From sequence record MZ475897.1: 64,000 nt of DNA; one strand, 5' to 3'. Position 1 is the stretch's first letter. Every line of letters begins with the position of its first letter. This document shows positions 35,675 through 45,016 of the stretch, piece after piece. The notes below the pieces were generated by a model. It saw nothing but the letters and a program-made list of their open reading frames with translations, had not been told where the DNA came from and made no database searches. Both the position numbers and the translations under genes were made by a program.

Positions 35675-38440
35675 TTACATATAATCCATAGTAATCATGT
35701 TCGTCATAGGGTCGTTCATGAATACTGGGATACCATCCAATGAATGTGCATTGCCTGGGCGACCTTGAGCAGGAACAGGACCTTGCTGAGGAGTAGCAGC
35801 ACCTGTAACTTTAGCCGTATCTGTCGGAGCAGGAGGCGGCGCTACAGGCTCAGGTACTTCGGTACGAGCAACATCCCCTACAGACACTAGAGGCTGGTGA
35901 TCGACTTCGGGCTGAGGTTGCTGTTTAGGCTCAATGCGTGATACTTGGTCCTGTACTTCTTTAGGCTGTAGTCCACCAGCTTGCTCATCGTTGACACGCT
36001 TACGCGCAGCAGGCAGCTCTTTGCCTTGACCAGAAGCAACGAGGTCTTGCATCTTACGGTCGTAGTCTGCTTGAGACTGCTTAGGCGTGACAGCACCTTT
36101 GCCAGTCAAGTCTGGGACGTTTTTGTTTGCATCCACTTGCGTGTTCGCATAGTCCTCAGGCTTACCAGTGCCTTTCTTCAACTCAGGGAACTTCTCTGCA
36201 ATTCGGCGATCTTCATCGGACATATCTGTCAGCTTAGGCATCTTTACAGACTTATTTAGGTCTGCCTCAGATACTTTGAGCAACACGTCCTTTTCGTTTT
36301 GAGCACGGTTCGCTACTGATTGTTGCGTCTGTGCTGAACTCGATTTGAAGTAACGATCGGTTGTCGCAGCTTTGTAGTCCTGAATGGTCTTAATCATATC
36401 CGCATCGGACATGGAGTTAACGTCTTTGCCTTTAAGAGCATTGGCAATAACGCTAGTACCCGCACCATACTGAACTGCCGTACTGTACATCAGCTCCTTG
36501 ACACCAGCACCACGCTTCGTCAAGTCCACACCAACATCGTTCTGCACTTTAGCAGCAAGTGGTGCGTAGTGAGTACGCGTAATGTAATCACCCTGTGCTT
36601 TATCGAACTCTTCTCCTTGAGTGTTAGCAACGTCCTTGTACACAGAGTTGAACTGTGCTGTGCCAGGAGCAAGGCCACCGAAACGAGCGAGGAATGGTTT
36701 GCCTTCAGGACTGTTCAGGAAGTTAGTCATACTGCCTGTGTTGGTAGCAAGCTGGTGCTTACCGTAGCTTACACCACCAGCATCACCTGCGCCCGTAGAC
36801 ACAGTACCAACACCACGACCGCCTGATTCGAATTGCTCTGACACTGAACCAAGACCGCCCTCAGCAATAGCCTTGTTAGCGATATCGGTTACTTGCTTGC
36901 TGTCCATACGACGAGAAGGCTGTGCACGGAACGGGCCTTGATACTGACCAGCACCAGAGCCAGGAATACCACCAGCAAGAGCGCCTAAGTTAAACGGTAC
37001 AACAACAGGTGCAGGAGTCTTAGACTTGTCCAAGTTCTCAAGCGTTGTGTCGTTGTATTCATCCATCTTCTCTTGGCGATCTTTCTCACCATCAGCAATC
37101 ATCTTGTCAGAGGTGTCGGTAATCTTGTCAGACACGTACTCACCAACAGAGCTACCGAAGTAGTCACCTAGGATGCCGCCAATAGTAGCACCAAGAGCAG
37201 CGCCAGCAGCAGTCCCCGCTACAGGTACGACAGACCCCAATATGCCACCAATCCAACCGCCAGCCACTGCGCCGATAGAGCCACCAGCAGTGCCACCAAT
37301 GGCCGAGCCAGCAGCCTTCTTTTTAGCTCCAGCTTTCTCAGCATCTGTCATGTCCTGATCAGCATCGATGTGTTGAACATCATTTGCGTATGAAAGGCCA
37401 TTACCTAACGCTGGACCGATTACAGGGATGCGCTTAGAAGCACCCATAAGCAGTGCGCTGGTTCCCGCAACTGCAACGTCCTGAACAGCGGAAGGTGCAG
37501 TTGGTGTCTTAGCAGCGATAGTCTGTGCAGCACTATCGTCAGCTTGTGTTGTGTCTTGTTGTGCAACGGATGGATTAACCGCAGCAGGAACAATGTCAGG
37601 CTTACCTGCACCTTCGTTGCTTGCGTTATCATCAACAGAATCCGTGTCAGTCTTATCCTTGAGCCAGTTACCTACACCCAGACCAGCAGCGGCAGTAAGA
37701 GCAACAGCAGCAAACGATCCCCACTTACCGAGCTTACCCAGACGAGGGAAGCGTTCACGTAGAGGTCTACGACGATTAGGCAAGTCACGACCTGGACCAC
37801 GACGTTCACCACGATTGCGTCCATAGCGTCTACCACGTCTGCGACCTCTTCTGCGATCTGGCCCATCAAGGTCTATGCCTGGACCGTCATCCGCTGGTGG
37901 TGGACCATCGTCATTAGCAGACTTACCGCCTTCGCCATTCTGTTGTCCATATGGGTCAGACTTGGCTTTGTTCTTAGCGCGGAATGCTTCTGACTTCTCC
38001 CACGCTAACCATTCTTCCAGTGCTTTCTGCGTCTTCTGATTGACTAACGTACCGTCACGAATAGCATCAACGATTTCATCACTGGAGCGCTCGCCTGAGA
38101 TGAACAGGTCTTCAAGCGCAGACTCAACCTGTTTAGGATTCGGCACGGTAGCACGCGGCGATGGGTCCTGACTCAGGTTGATATTGATTGCACGTTCTTT
38201 CTCACGGGCAGCTTTACGCTCACGCACAGCACGGTTCTTAGCACGCGAACCTGGGCCAACATAATACTCGTCTTCATCATCCACGAGGTCATCGTCGTGC
38301 ATGTTAAACGAGAAGTCAGGACCTTTCTTCCGCGCTTTGCGTCCTTTAGGCATACCCGCTACAAAGGAGCCTAAGCCATCAGCGTGCTCGATCATTAGTT
38401 CGAGTGCAGACAGCTCTTTCTCTTGAGGCTTAGCCATCAT
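35675..38440 (-). CDS. Tape-measure-like hub protein with glycine-zipper segments and a VgrG3-type peptidoglycan hydrolase domain
   Basis: SEQFESGGRGVGTVSTGAGDAGGVSYGKHQL...STAVQYG at about 36290-36860; GxxxG-rich hydrophobic helices. Confidence 0.75.
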   Translation of the reverse strand: MMAKPQEKELSALELMIEHADGLGSFVAGMPKGRKARKKGPDFSFNMHDDDLVDDEDEYYVGPGSRAKNRAVRERKAAREKERAININLSQDPSPRATVPNPKQVESALEDLFISGERSSDEIVDAIRDGTLVNQKTQKALEEWLAWEKSEAFRAKNKAKSDPYGQQNGEGGKSANDDGPPPADDGPGIDLDGPDRRRGRRRGRRYGRNRGERRGPGRDLPNRRRPLRERFPRLGKLGKWGSFAAVALTAAAGLGVGNWLKDKTDTDSVDDNASNEGAGKPDIVPAAVNPSVAQQDTTQADDSAAQTIAAKTPTAPSAVQDVAVAGTSALLMGASKRIPVIGPALGNGLSYANDVQHIDADQDMTDAEKAGAKKKAAGSAIGGTAGGSIGAVAGGWIGGILGSVVPVAGTAAGAALGATIGGILGDYFGSSVGEYVSDKITDTSDKMIADGEKDRQEKMDEYNDTTLENLDKSKTPAPVVVPFNLGALAGGIPGSGAGQYQGPFRAQPSRRMDSKQVTDIANKAIAEGGLGSVSEQFESGGRGVGTVSTGAGDAGGVSYGKHQLATNTGSMTNFLNSPEGKPFLARFGGLAPGTAQFNSVYKDVANTQGEEFDKAQGDYITRTHYAPLAAKVQNDVGVDLTKRGAGVKELMYSTAVQYGAGTSVIANALKGKDVNSMSDADMIKTIQDYKAATTDRYFKSSSAQTQQSVANRAQNEKDVLLKVSEADLNKSVKMPKLTDMSDEDRRIAEKFPELKKGTGKPEDYANTQVDANKNVPDLTGKGAVTPKQSQADYDRKMQDLVASGQGKELPAARKRVNDEQAGGLQPKEVQDQVSRIEPKQQPQPEVDHQPLVSVGDVARTEVPEPVAPPPAPTDTAKVTGAATPQQGPVPAQGRPGNAHSLDGIPVFMNDPMTNMITMDYM

Positions 38441-39276
38441 TTACTCCTATTGCGCTTCGATTTCTCCAGCGCTCGGGCTTCTTCTGCTTTGTTCTTATCG
38501 TGAACGTAAGCACTATGCCAGTAGAGCAGTTTGTTTATATTGATGTTGTCTGGCACGTAAATGTTCTTGGCCGAGGCAAGGTCCAACGTCATGTTGTTCA
38601 TTGACGTATCGGAGTACACACGCAAGTAACCCAAGATATTGATAGGGCTTTTGTGTTTGTACGTGCGGAAGCAGCGGTTACACTTGTGGGTTGTTTCCAA
38701 CTCGCAGCTAATGTACTCGTAGCTTCCTGCATTAAGCAGCTCGGCAGGATCCGTGTACAGGATGGTATCTTCCAGTGACAAGTCGCTGTCCACGTAAAGC
38801 GCATTCATTACCTGTGTGCGTTCATACGTCTCTGCCAACAACTCGGCTTCAATCCAACGCTGCACTGTAGGGTGACGAACACCAGCAGGTACATCATACC
38901 ACTTGTGCTCGATGATGCGTTGCTTACTCACTTCCTCTGTGTTAAGCATATCACAAGGCACTTCAACAAACTTGCGGCCACGTGGTCTATCGTAATGACG
39001 TTCACCACGCATATCAACAAAGAACGATTGCACACAGCGCCACTCATACAGACGGTGGGACTGAGGCCAACTGTTTCTGTCGAACATCGCAAGCATATAG
39101 CGGAAGTCTTCCAAATACATATCGCGGACACGCACGTTGGTGAAACGTTGCAGCGTATCGACAAAGAGGTCAGGCAGTTTATACTTCTGCGCGTTGTACA
39201 GGCTAGACATAGCATCAGCCGTCACCTGTTGAATACGCACATCGGTCCTGCCTGAGGGCAGATATATCTCTAACAT
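38437..39276 (-). CDS. Baseplate hub assembly or tail chaperone (gp26/gp51-like)
   Basis: EIYLPSG start, HKCNRC knuckle; paralogous in design to 39276..39959. Confidence 0.55.
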   Translation of the reverse strand: MLEIYLPSGRTDVRIQQVTADAMSSLYNAQKYKLPDLFVDTLQRFTNVRVRDMYLEDFRYMLAMFDRNSWPQSHRLYEWRCVQSFFVDMRGERHYDRPRGRKFVEVPCDMLNTEEVSKQRIIEHKWYDVPAGVRHPTVQRWIEAELLAETYERTQVMNALYVDSDLSLEDTILYTDPAELLNAGSYEYISCELETTHKCNRCFRTYKHKSPINILGYLRVYSDTSMNNMTLDLASAKNIYVPDNININKLLYWHSAYVHDKNKAEEARALEKSKRNRSK

Positions 39277-39959
39277 TAGCTGATAAAGATCTGAGGTGTC
39301 ATTCCCCAGCGACGAGTCGAGTGACGGCCACAGGAAGGACAGAGCAGTTCAATATCATTTAGCACACCATGACGAGAAGCAAGCACCCACTCAGACAATT
39401 CAGTCCACAGCTTGAGGTCTTGTTGATCTTCTAAGCGTGCCATGTTGCGATCAAAGTTAGGACCAAGATGCGCTACGTGCCAGTTGAAAATATCTTCTGA
39501 CGCGCGTTCGTAATCGCGCATACGAGGCAGGTCGAAGTGTTCATGCTCAGCAGTCAGCACCGCGATTGTCATAGACGAATCGTCGATGATACCAACGTTA
39601 CGGCTGGCGCACGGGAAGGTGTTGATAACGCCTGCGTCCGTACGTAATTCGTTGACGATACCATCAGAATATTCAAACAGAGGTTTCTTACACTGCCAGT
39701 ATGTGCGCAGCGGCACAACAGGCGACATGAACATGCGTTGCTGGAATACAAGTGCGTGCGCATCAGGTATTGTCAGCTCATCCAGACTGACGTTCAGGCA
39801 AGGGGCTAGAGCATCAAGCAAGATGTAGCGCATATCTTTTGTTTCAACTGCTTTGGCGATAGCACGGTTCTGTCTGCCGCTAAAGTGTGTCATCTCAAAC
39901 GACTCAGGCAGGTTAGCCTTGTAGCCGTGTGAAGGTAAGCTCGCTGTTTGAATTTCCAT
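39276..39959 (-). CDS. Baseplate hub assembly chaperone (gp26-like)
   Basis: LPSHG start motif, CPSCG knuckle; start moved to ATG 39959, just after the upstream stop. Confidence 0.6.
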   Translation of the reverse strand: MEIQTASLPSHGYKANLPESFEMTHFSGRQNRAIAKAVETKDMRYILLDALAPCLNVSLDELTIPDAHALVFQQRMFMSPVVPLRTYWQCKKPLFEYSDGIVNELRTDAGVINTFPCASRNVGIIDDSSMTIAVLTAEHEHFDLPRMRDYERASEDIFNWHVAHLGPNFDRNMARLEDQQDLKLWTELSEWVLASRHGVLNDIELLCPSCGRHSTRRWGMTPQIFIS

Positions 39960-39966
39960 AATGATC

Positions 39967-40482
39967 TCAACTAAATTCAGGGATTTGGGCATCAAGCTGC
40001 ATTTGCACTGACCATACACCACGGCCGCCTGTGCCGTTAAGTTGTATGCCTTGCCCACCCACTGGCCAACAGTTACGAAGCTGCATAGCGGCAACCATTT
40101 TTCCTTGGTTGTCGTACAGTTCAATGAACATATTCTTTTTATAAGCTGACGGTAAACGCATACCGCCTGTGTACGGATTCTGAATCAGGTTCTGCCACGC
40201 TGTGAAATACTTCATTACAGCAAGACGTTGGTCGATACCGAACATCAGATTGAATCCGTCAATGCTGGAACCATGTGGCCAGTTGATTGCTACAGAAGCC
40301 ACTTCTTTTGATTTAGACTGAAAGACAGAGAACGGCAAATCGACTTCTTCACACGCAAAAGGACTGAGTGACACACCGCCCATTGTAGGAAACTCACGGA
40401 TGCGCCACTTGTCCAGCATGAAGGGATCGTCTAAGCCAGGTGCAGATGTGTCTTGCAGGTCAGCAAGCGTCGGCAGCGGCAT
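39967..40482 (-). CDS. Tail tube protein paralogue (gp19-like)
   Basis: WQNLI...Y...IELYD...L.NCWP pattern. Confidence 0.75.
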   Translation of the reverse strand: MPLPTLADLQDTSAPGLDDPFMLDKWRIREFPTMGGVSLSPFACEEVDLPFSVFQSKSKEVASVAINWPHGSSIDGFNLMFGIDQRLAVMKYFTAWQNLIQNPYTGGMRLPSAYKKNMFIELYDNQGKMVAAMQLRNCWPVGGQGIQLNGTGGRGVWSVQMQLDAQIPEFS

Positions 40483-40484
40483 GA

Positions 40485-41162
40485 TCAGTCCTCTACAATA
40501 ATAAGCACAGGTCTAACAGCATCATCGAACTTGATGAACGCAGCGCCAACAAGATAGCCACCCTTCTCTACTTGTTTCACGACGGCCTTTTCAAGATCTG
40601 TTTCCCACTTATCGCGCTGTGCGGGTTTGTAAGAAGCAAACGTCTCAGAAGCATCGTAGTAGTTATAGGTACCACCAGTAGGCATTGGGATACGTGCAAG
40701 GAACTCTAAGCGACTACAGTTCTTGAACGGGGTCTTGCGCAGCTCTTGCGTCAGCTTGGTGTTCTCTGATTTAGAGCCAGGCACAGCGGTGAATACTTTC
40801 TTAGGCTGAGGCTCACGAGGAGCAGCAGGCATCTTCTCACGCGCTGGCGTATTCTTGTCGCTGGCTTTCTTAACACGAATACCAGAAACAGTCCCTGTGA
40901 ATGGACGACTGCGACCAAGCAACGAACGTGCGGCCGTAGCGTCAACAACAAACACAACAGACGGGTCATCACGGTGCAGCACATAGAACTTGTTACGTGC
41001 AGCGGCCTTGATACCGAATACGTCTTTGTCCTCAATATCCGCTTCGTGTTCTTTGTTCTCGATACTGACCTTGCGCTTACCTTCAAAGCGATACCAGTCG
41101 CAGTCATTGATAGACACGATAGGTGTTTTGCGTGAAGCACTCTCGCTCAGAAAAATAAGCAT
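40485..41162 (-). CDS. Protein with LSESAS N-terminus and shared SH3-like module
   Basis: 225 aa; module at about 40900-41100; Pro/Lys linker. Confidence 0.65.
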   Translation of the reverse strand: MLIFLSESASRKTPIVSINDCDWYRFEGKRKVSIENKEHEADIEDKDVFGIKAAARNKFYVLHRDDPSVVFVVDATAARSLLGRSRPFTGTVSGIRVKKASDKNTPAREKMPAAPREPQPKKVFTAVPGSKSENTKLTQELRKTPFKNCSRLEFLARIPMPTGGTYNYYDASETFASYKPAQRDKWETDLEKAVVKQVEKGGYLVGAAFIKFDDAVRPVLIIVED

Positions 41163-41182
41163 GGTATCTCCAGGAAACGAGA

Positions 41183-41205
41183 AAGGGCCAAAACATCTGG
41201 CCCTT
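41183..41205 (-). terminator. Rho-independent terminator
   Basis: AAGGGCCA/TGGCCCTT stem followed by TCTCGTTT on the minus strand, after the tube gene. Confidence 0.6.
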
Positions 41206-41210
41206 AGTTA

Positions 41211-41723
41211 TTACGATGCGAGTTCAACGTAGTCGAAGGACCATTCGATTGAGATCGGTACAGCCTGTGCAGCACCAGAGAAGCTCAGGTCAGGAACCTG
41301 CTTCGGCCACACACCGAACACGTTGTATTCTGCAACCACAGAACCATCCATATCAAAGATACGGAAGATAGCTTTGGTTGAGTAGTCCGCTTTCTTCGCA
41401 CCCAACTGAGTCTGCGTAGCACGAACGAGTTCATGCCATGCTTCCAGTTGTTTGTACACAGCCATCTCTGAGTTTTCATTGTACTCAGTGGAGATTGTGT
41501 GCGAGAAGGTTTTACGACCCGCGTAGTTAAGCTGGTGGCCGAACGCTTCTTTCAATACTTCTTCCAGCGTTGAGCCAGGCTTAACGCCAGTCTTACAGAA
41601 GATACGCAGAGTACGCGCATAGTCTGTACCACCAACTGGCGGGTTCGGAATCAGGAACTCGAAGTTGTCATCGAGTAACGGATCGAGCGTAGACGAAAAT
41701 TCGTCAAGAGTTACCTTTGGCAT
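41211..41723 (-). CDS. Major tail tube protein (gp19-like)
   Basis: NYAGRKTF, AWHELV, VFGVWPKQVPDLSF, WSFDY; directly after the sheath gene. Confidence 0.88.
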   Translation of the reverse strand: MPKVTLDEFSSTLDPLLDDNFEFLIPNPPVGGTDYARTLRIFCKTGVKPGSTLEEVLKEAFGHQLNYAGRKTFSHTISTEYNENSEMAVYKQLEAWHELVRATQTQLGAKKADYSTKAIFRIFDMDGSVVAEYNVFGVWPKQVPDLSFSGAAQAVPISIEWSFDYVELAS

Positions 41724-41733
41724 CTAAAGCTCC

Positions 41734-43419
41734 TTAGATTGCGCCAGACTGGATGAGTTGCAGCGCGTACTGGATATCGCCAACAGGTGGCACGATAGCA
41801 GTTACGTGAATGCGTTTAGTGTAGCGAGTCGGGTCAAGGAAAATATCGATGATCAGATCGCCACGCGCTTCGTCTTCTGCGGTGTTGTTGGTATAGTCAC
41901 AAGTAACTGCATACCAACGCAGGCCACGACCGGTCTTAATCGGTTCGAGGATTGCTTCCATCGCAGACTTCTGGCGCTGCTTCAGGATGTCATCGTTCGG
42001 CTCAAACACGGCGCTAAGGTTGTTAGCACGCGCAGATGCATGAAGCATCGCAAGCAGACGACGTACACCGATATCCTGAAGAGGAGACTTCGTGGTGTAA
42101 GTGGTATCAGCACCCCACATAAAGATGCCTTCACCTTCGAAGATAGCAATCGGGTTGATTTGGTTCTCAACCAGAATATCGCGATCACCGAGTTTGAAGC
42201 GATAGCGCACATCAGTAGCGAAGTCCAGTTTACCACGTTGCAGACCACCAGGAGCAAGCCATGAAGCAACTTGGTCAGCAGTCAACATGCAGTAAGCAGA
42301 ACACACAGACGCAGGCACATAGAAGTCGCGTGCGTTGTCGTTGTCGCGTGCTTTAACATCGGAGTTAGCCAGAGAAGACCAAGAACCCGTGATAGAGAAC
42401 TCAGCGTTCTGGTACTCTTTGTTGCCACGACGATACGCAACAGCGTTGTCACGACCTTGCAGCAGCACAGGGATACCGTGCGTTGCAATACAGTCCATGC
42501 GAGACTCGGCCAGGGTGTCAATCTTGTCGGCAATCACTGGATGCTCAAGACCACCAGAGCACAGGATGCCAGCTTGAATGTCTTCCCAATCGCGGTAGTT
42601 ATCCCACGCACTGACGACAGCGCTCAGACTCTGGTTCGCTATAGTTGCATCGGAGTGATCGACGTCAATAACAGCACCATCAGAACCGCCAGTAAACTGA
42701 CCGTTAACTGCATCAGGGTCCGTAGGATCAGCTGGCCCACCACCGATAGCATTGATGACCACATAGTTTGGGTCCTCCAGCAATTTGTAGTGATCGGTAT
42801 TCAGCTTGACACGGATATACTTGGACGCTGTGTTGATAACGTCTTCAATATAGAACTGATTGCCAGCTTCGTCTTTGTAGTAACGAGTAGTCACCACGTG
42901 GGTTTCGAGTGCTGTCAGGTAACCTGTCTGATACACTTTGATGATGGACTTAATGCCCAGTGCATCAGTCACGTCAGGCTCAAACGTGATGTACAGGTTG
43001 TTCGCCGCTGCATACTGAGACAAGGAATAAATCAGGCAAATGTCGCGGGTAGAGAAAGCGACTTGCTCTGGGTCATCTAATCCAGCATCACCCAGAGGGC
43101 GGCAGGTGGCGAAGTTGTTATAAGTTGTGAGGAACACACCTGCGTACTTGACAGAGAGAGCGACACGCGTAATGTTCAGCTTGGTCGCCTTCGTCATCAG
43201 AATCTTAGCGATCTGAACGTTGTTGGCATACTGACCGGTCGCTGGACCAAACAGGGCATCAATCTCGTCTTTGCTTGTCACAGTTGTGTTAACGCCAACA
43301 GGACCTCGTGGGAACGGCAGCACAAGAGTACACATGCCAAAAGTGACAAGTGACGCTTGGTTACTGCGGTCGTTCTCCATCGAGTAAACCCCAGGAGAGG
43401 GGTGATTCGGAATTAACAT
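41734..43419 (-). CDS. Tail sheath protein
   Basis: SPGVYSMENDRS start; WLAPGG..RG; INPI...GIFMWG; VRRLL; FEPND. Confidence 0.93.
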   Translation of the reverse strand: MLIPNHPSPGVYSMENDRSNQASLVTFGMCTLVLPFPRGPVGVNTTVTSKDEIDALFGPATGQYANNVQIAKILMTKATKLNITRVALSVKYAGVFLTTYNNFATCRPLGDAGLDDPEQVAFSTRDICLIYSLSQYAAANNLYITFEPDVTDALGIKSIIKVYQTGYLTALETHVVTTRYYKDEAGNQFYIEDVINTASKYIRVKLNTDHYKLLEDPNYVVINAIGGGPADPTDPDAVNGQFTGGSDGAVIDVDHSDATIANQSLSAVVSAWDNYRDWEDIQAGILCSGGLEHPVIADKIDTLAESRMDCIATHGIPVLLQGRDNAVAYRRGNKEYQNAEFSITGSWSSLANSDVKARDNDNARDFYVPASVCSAYCMLTADQVASWLAPGGLQRGKLDFATDVRYRFKLGDRDILVENQINPIAIFEGEGIFMWGADTTYTTKSPLQDIGVRRLLAMLHASARANNLSAVFEPNDDILKQRQKSAMEAILEPIKTGRGLRWYAVTCDYTNNTAEDEARGDLIIDIFLDPTRYTKRIHVTAIVPPVGDIQYALQLIQSGAI

Positions 43420-43461
43420 CGTGAATCTCCATAAGAGAGGGTATCGTGCAACGACTGGTGT

Positions 43462-43469
43462 AAATTAGC
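43462..43469 (-). promoter_or_regulatory. GCTAATTT motif, candidate phage late promoter
   Basis: Intergenic, 42 nt upstream of the sheath ATG. Confidence 0.55.
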
Positions 43470-43475
43470 GTGTTG

Positions 43476-43820
43476 TCAGTAGCAAATCACATTAACACGC
43501 TGATCAACGTCACTTACCAGAACACTTTTATCCATAGAGCCAGTAAGAGTAAACTGACCTTCGATAATCATCTGGCCTCCAGCGAATTGCAGAATAATAG
43601 GCTCAGCAGTATCAATATACAACAAGCCTACAACAGCAGGCAGTTGATAGCCCGTAGGCCCTACAATAACAGACTGCATCTGATACAGGCCATCAAGAGG
43701 AATACCTACTGCATGAGACTGACGCTTGAGCACTTCGTTTTGATTAGAAGTAACTGAACGCACACGGCTGTCAATGACAAGCGTACGGTCGAGCTTACGA
43801 TACTTTTGGCGCGTATACAT
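43476..43820 (-). CDS. Hypothetical (probably structural) protein
   Basis: 114 aa, TAATG-coupled, between the neck-like and sheath genes. Confidence 0.6.
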   Translation of the reverse strand: MYTRQKYRKLDRTLVIDSRVRSVTSNQNEVLKRQSHAVGIPLDGLYQMQSVIVGPTGYQLPAVVGLLYIDTAEPIILQFAGGQMIIEGQFTLTGSMDKSVLVSDVDQRVNVICY

Positions 43821-44491
43821 TACTCTTCCTCTTCGTCGTCAGGCAGCCCCAAGTCCATATCGATCTCAACGTTCTCGGAGACTTCACCGTAGTTGTTGAT
43901 TTTCGCTTGTTCGAGGTTAAAGCCAATCTTTGTTTTAATCGAGAACGGGATTTCAAGTTCAAAGCTGCCAGGCGTTGAGCCTTCATCAAGGTTATCGATA
44001 GCAGGCATTGGGATGCTGTCGCCGTCAAGCAACACACGCACAGTCCAGGCGGACGTAGGCATCTCAATCTTAAAGCTGAGCAGTTCCGTGATAGACGCAA
44101 TCAACAGTTGCTGCGTGAACAACAGCGCTTGGTCGATATCCATGAACTTGATGAAGAAGCTACCACTCATCGTTACAGGGAAGTAGTAGTTGGTGACGAC
44201 AATAGCGTTGGTGTCGTCTTTGCCCATCGCCCAGCCAGAACCAAAGCGAGCAACATTCTTAGGGTTGCCCAGCAGTTCGCGGTCGAATGCGATAGTGGAC
44301 AACTTGAACCAACCGTAAGGATATTCTGTGCTCTGATTGTTATTGGCACGAATACCTTGCTTAGGGTTGTTGTGTACAGACCACACAAAGCGCTTTAGAC
44401 CAAAGCCTCGGCATAGTTGTCGCTGTACTCCGAAAATCGAGGTGCGCAATGAAGTAGAGTTCTTCATCAGACCTGTAATGTTTACCGTCAT
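43820..44491 (-). CDS. Putative neck or tail-completion protein
   Basis: Position between the capsid and sheath genes; beta-rich. Confidence 0.5.
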   Translation of the reverse strand: MTVNITGLMKNSTSLRTSIFGVQRQLCRGFGLKRFVWSVHNNPKQGIRANNNQSTEYPYGWFKLSTIAFDRELLGNPKNVARFGSGWAMGKDDTNAIVVTNYYFPVTMSGSFFIKFMDIDQALLFTQQLLIASITELLSFKIEMPTSAWTVRVLLDGDSIPMPAIDNLDEGSTPGSFELEIPFSIKTKIGFNLEQAKINNYGEVSENVEIDMDLGLPDDEEEE

Positions 44492-44510
44492 TTGTGGTAC
44501 CCCAGATACG

Positions 44511-44537
44511 AAAAAGGGCAGCCGAAGCCACCCTTTT
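44511..44537 (-). terminator. Rho-independent terminator
   Basis: Minus strand AAAAGGGTGGC-TTCG-GCTGCCCTTTTT. Confidence 0.85.
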
Positions 44538-44556
44538 GGTTACCCGTAATCGGGTG

Positions 44557-44961
44557 CTAGTCGAGACGCAAGCGAATCAGCGAGCTAGACTCAGAATCAA
44601 CAACGGTAACGTCATCTTCATCGTCCAGGTCTTCTTCGTCTTCAACATCATCCGCAGAATCATCTTCGGAGGTATTGAGACTAACTACTTCATCGTCATA
44701 CAACGACTCGGCCCTTTCTTCCTCGGCAGTAAGCGCTAAGGCCGCAGACAGAGCAGTAACCGAATCAGCCATGCTTGACGCACTACTCACGGAGTTAACG
44801 AGGCAATTAGCTTCGAAGTTATCAGTGAGTTCGCATTCAAGGAACTGATCAGCATCTGGCGCAACCGCAGCTTGAGTTAACAAGCGAGCTACGTCCAACC
44901 ACTGTCCGTCACGCGCGGCGACAATTGCCAGTGCAGCTAAGGAACCAGATAAGGTCTTCAT
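44557..44961 (-). CDS. Small protein with acidic C-terminal tract
   Basis: 134 aa with SD; follows the major capsid gene. Confidence 0.65.
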   Translation of the reverse strand: MKTLSGSLAALAIVAARDGQWLDVARLLTQAAVAPDADQFLECELTDNFEANCLVNSVSSASSMADSVTALSAALALTAEEERAESLYDDEVVSLNTSEDDSADDVEDEEDLDDEDDVTVVDSESSSLIRLRLD

Positions 44962-44978
44962 GTTTGGTCCTCAGTGAA

Positions 44979-45000
44979 GAGGGTAGCTTATGCCACCCTC
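44979..45000 (-). terminator. Hairpin after the major capsid gene (partial terminator)
   Basis: Minus strand GAGGGTGGC-ATAA-GCTACCCTC-TTC. Confidence 0.55.
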
Positions 45001-45016
45001 AGATTGCACAACAATT

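Noticed and set aside
38437-39959. Programmed frameshift in the tail chaperone pair (lambda G/GT-like)
   Set aside because: Each gene has its own start and a normal TAATG coupling; no slippery heptamer noticed
39960-40124. 55-aa N-terminal extension of the gp26-like ORF
   Set aside because: Overlaps the tube-paralogue gene; ATG 39959 fits the operon spacing better
41758-43080. 168-aa and 269-aa plus-strand ORFs
   Set aside because: Antisense to the highly biased sheath gene
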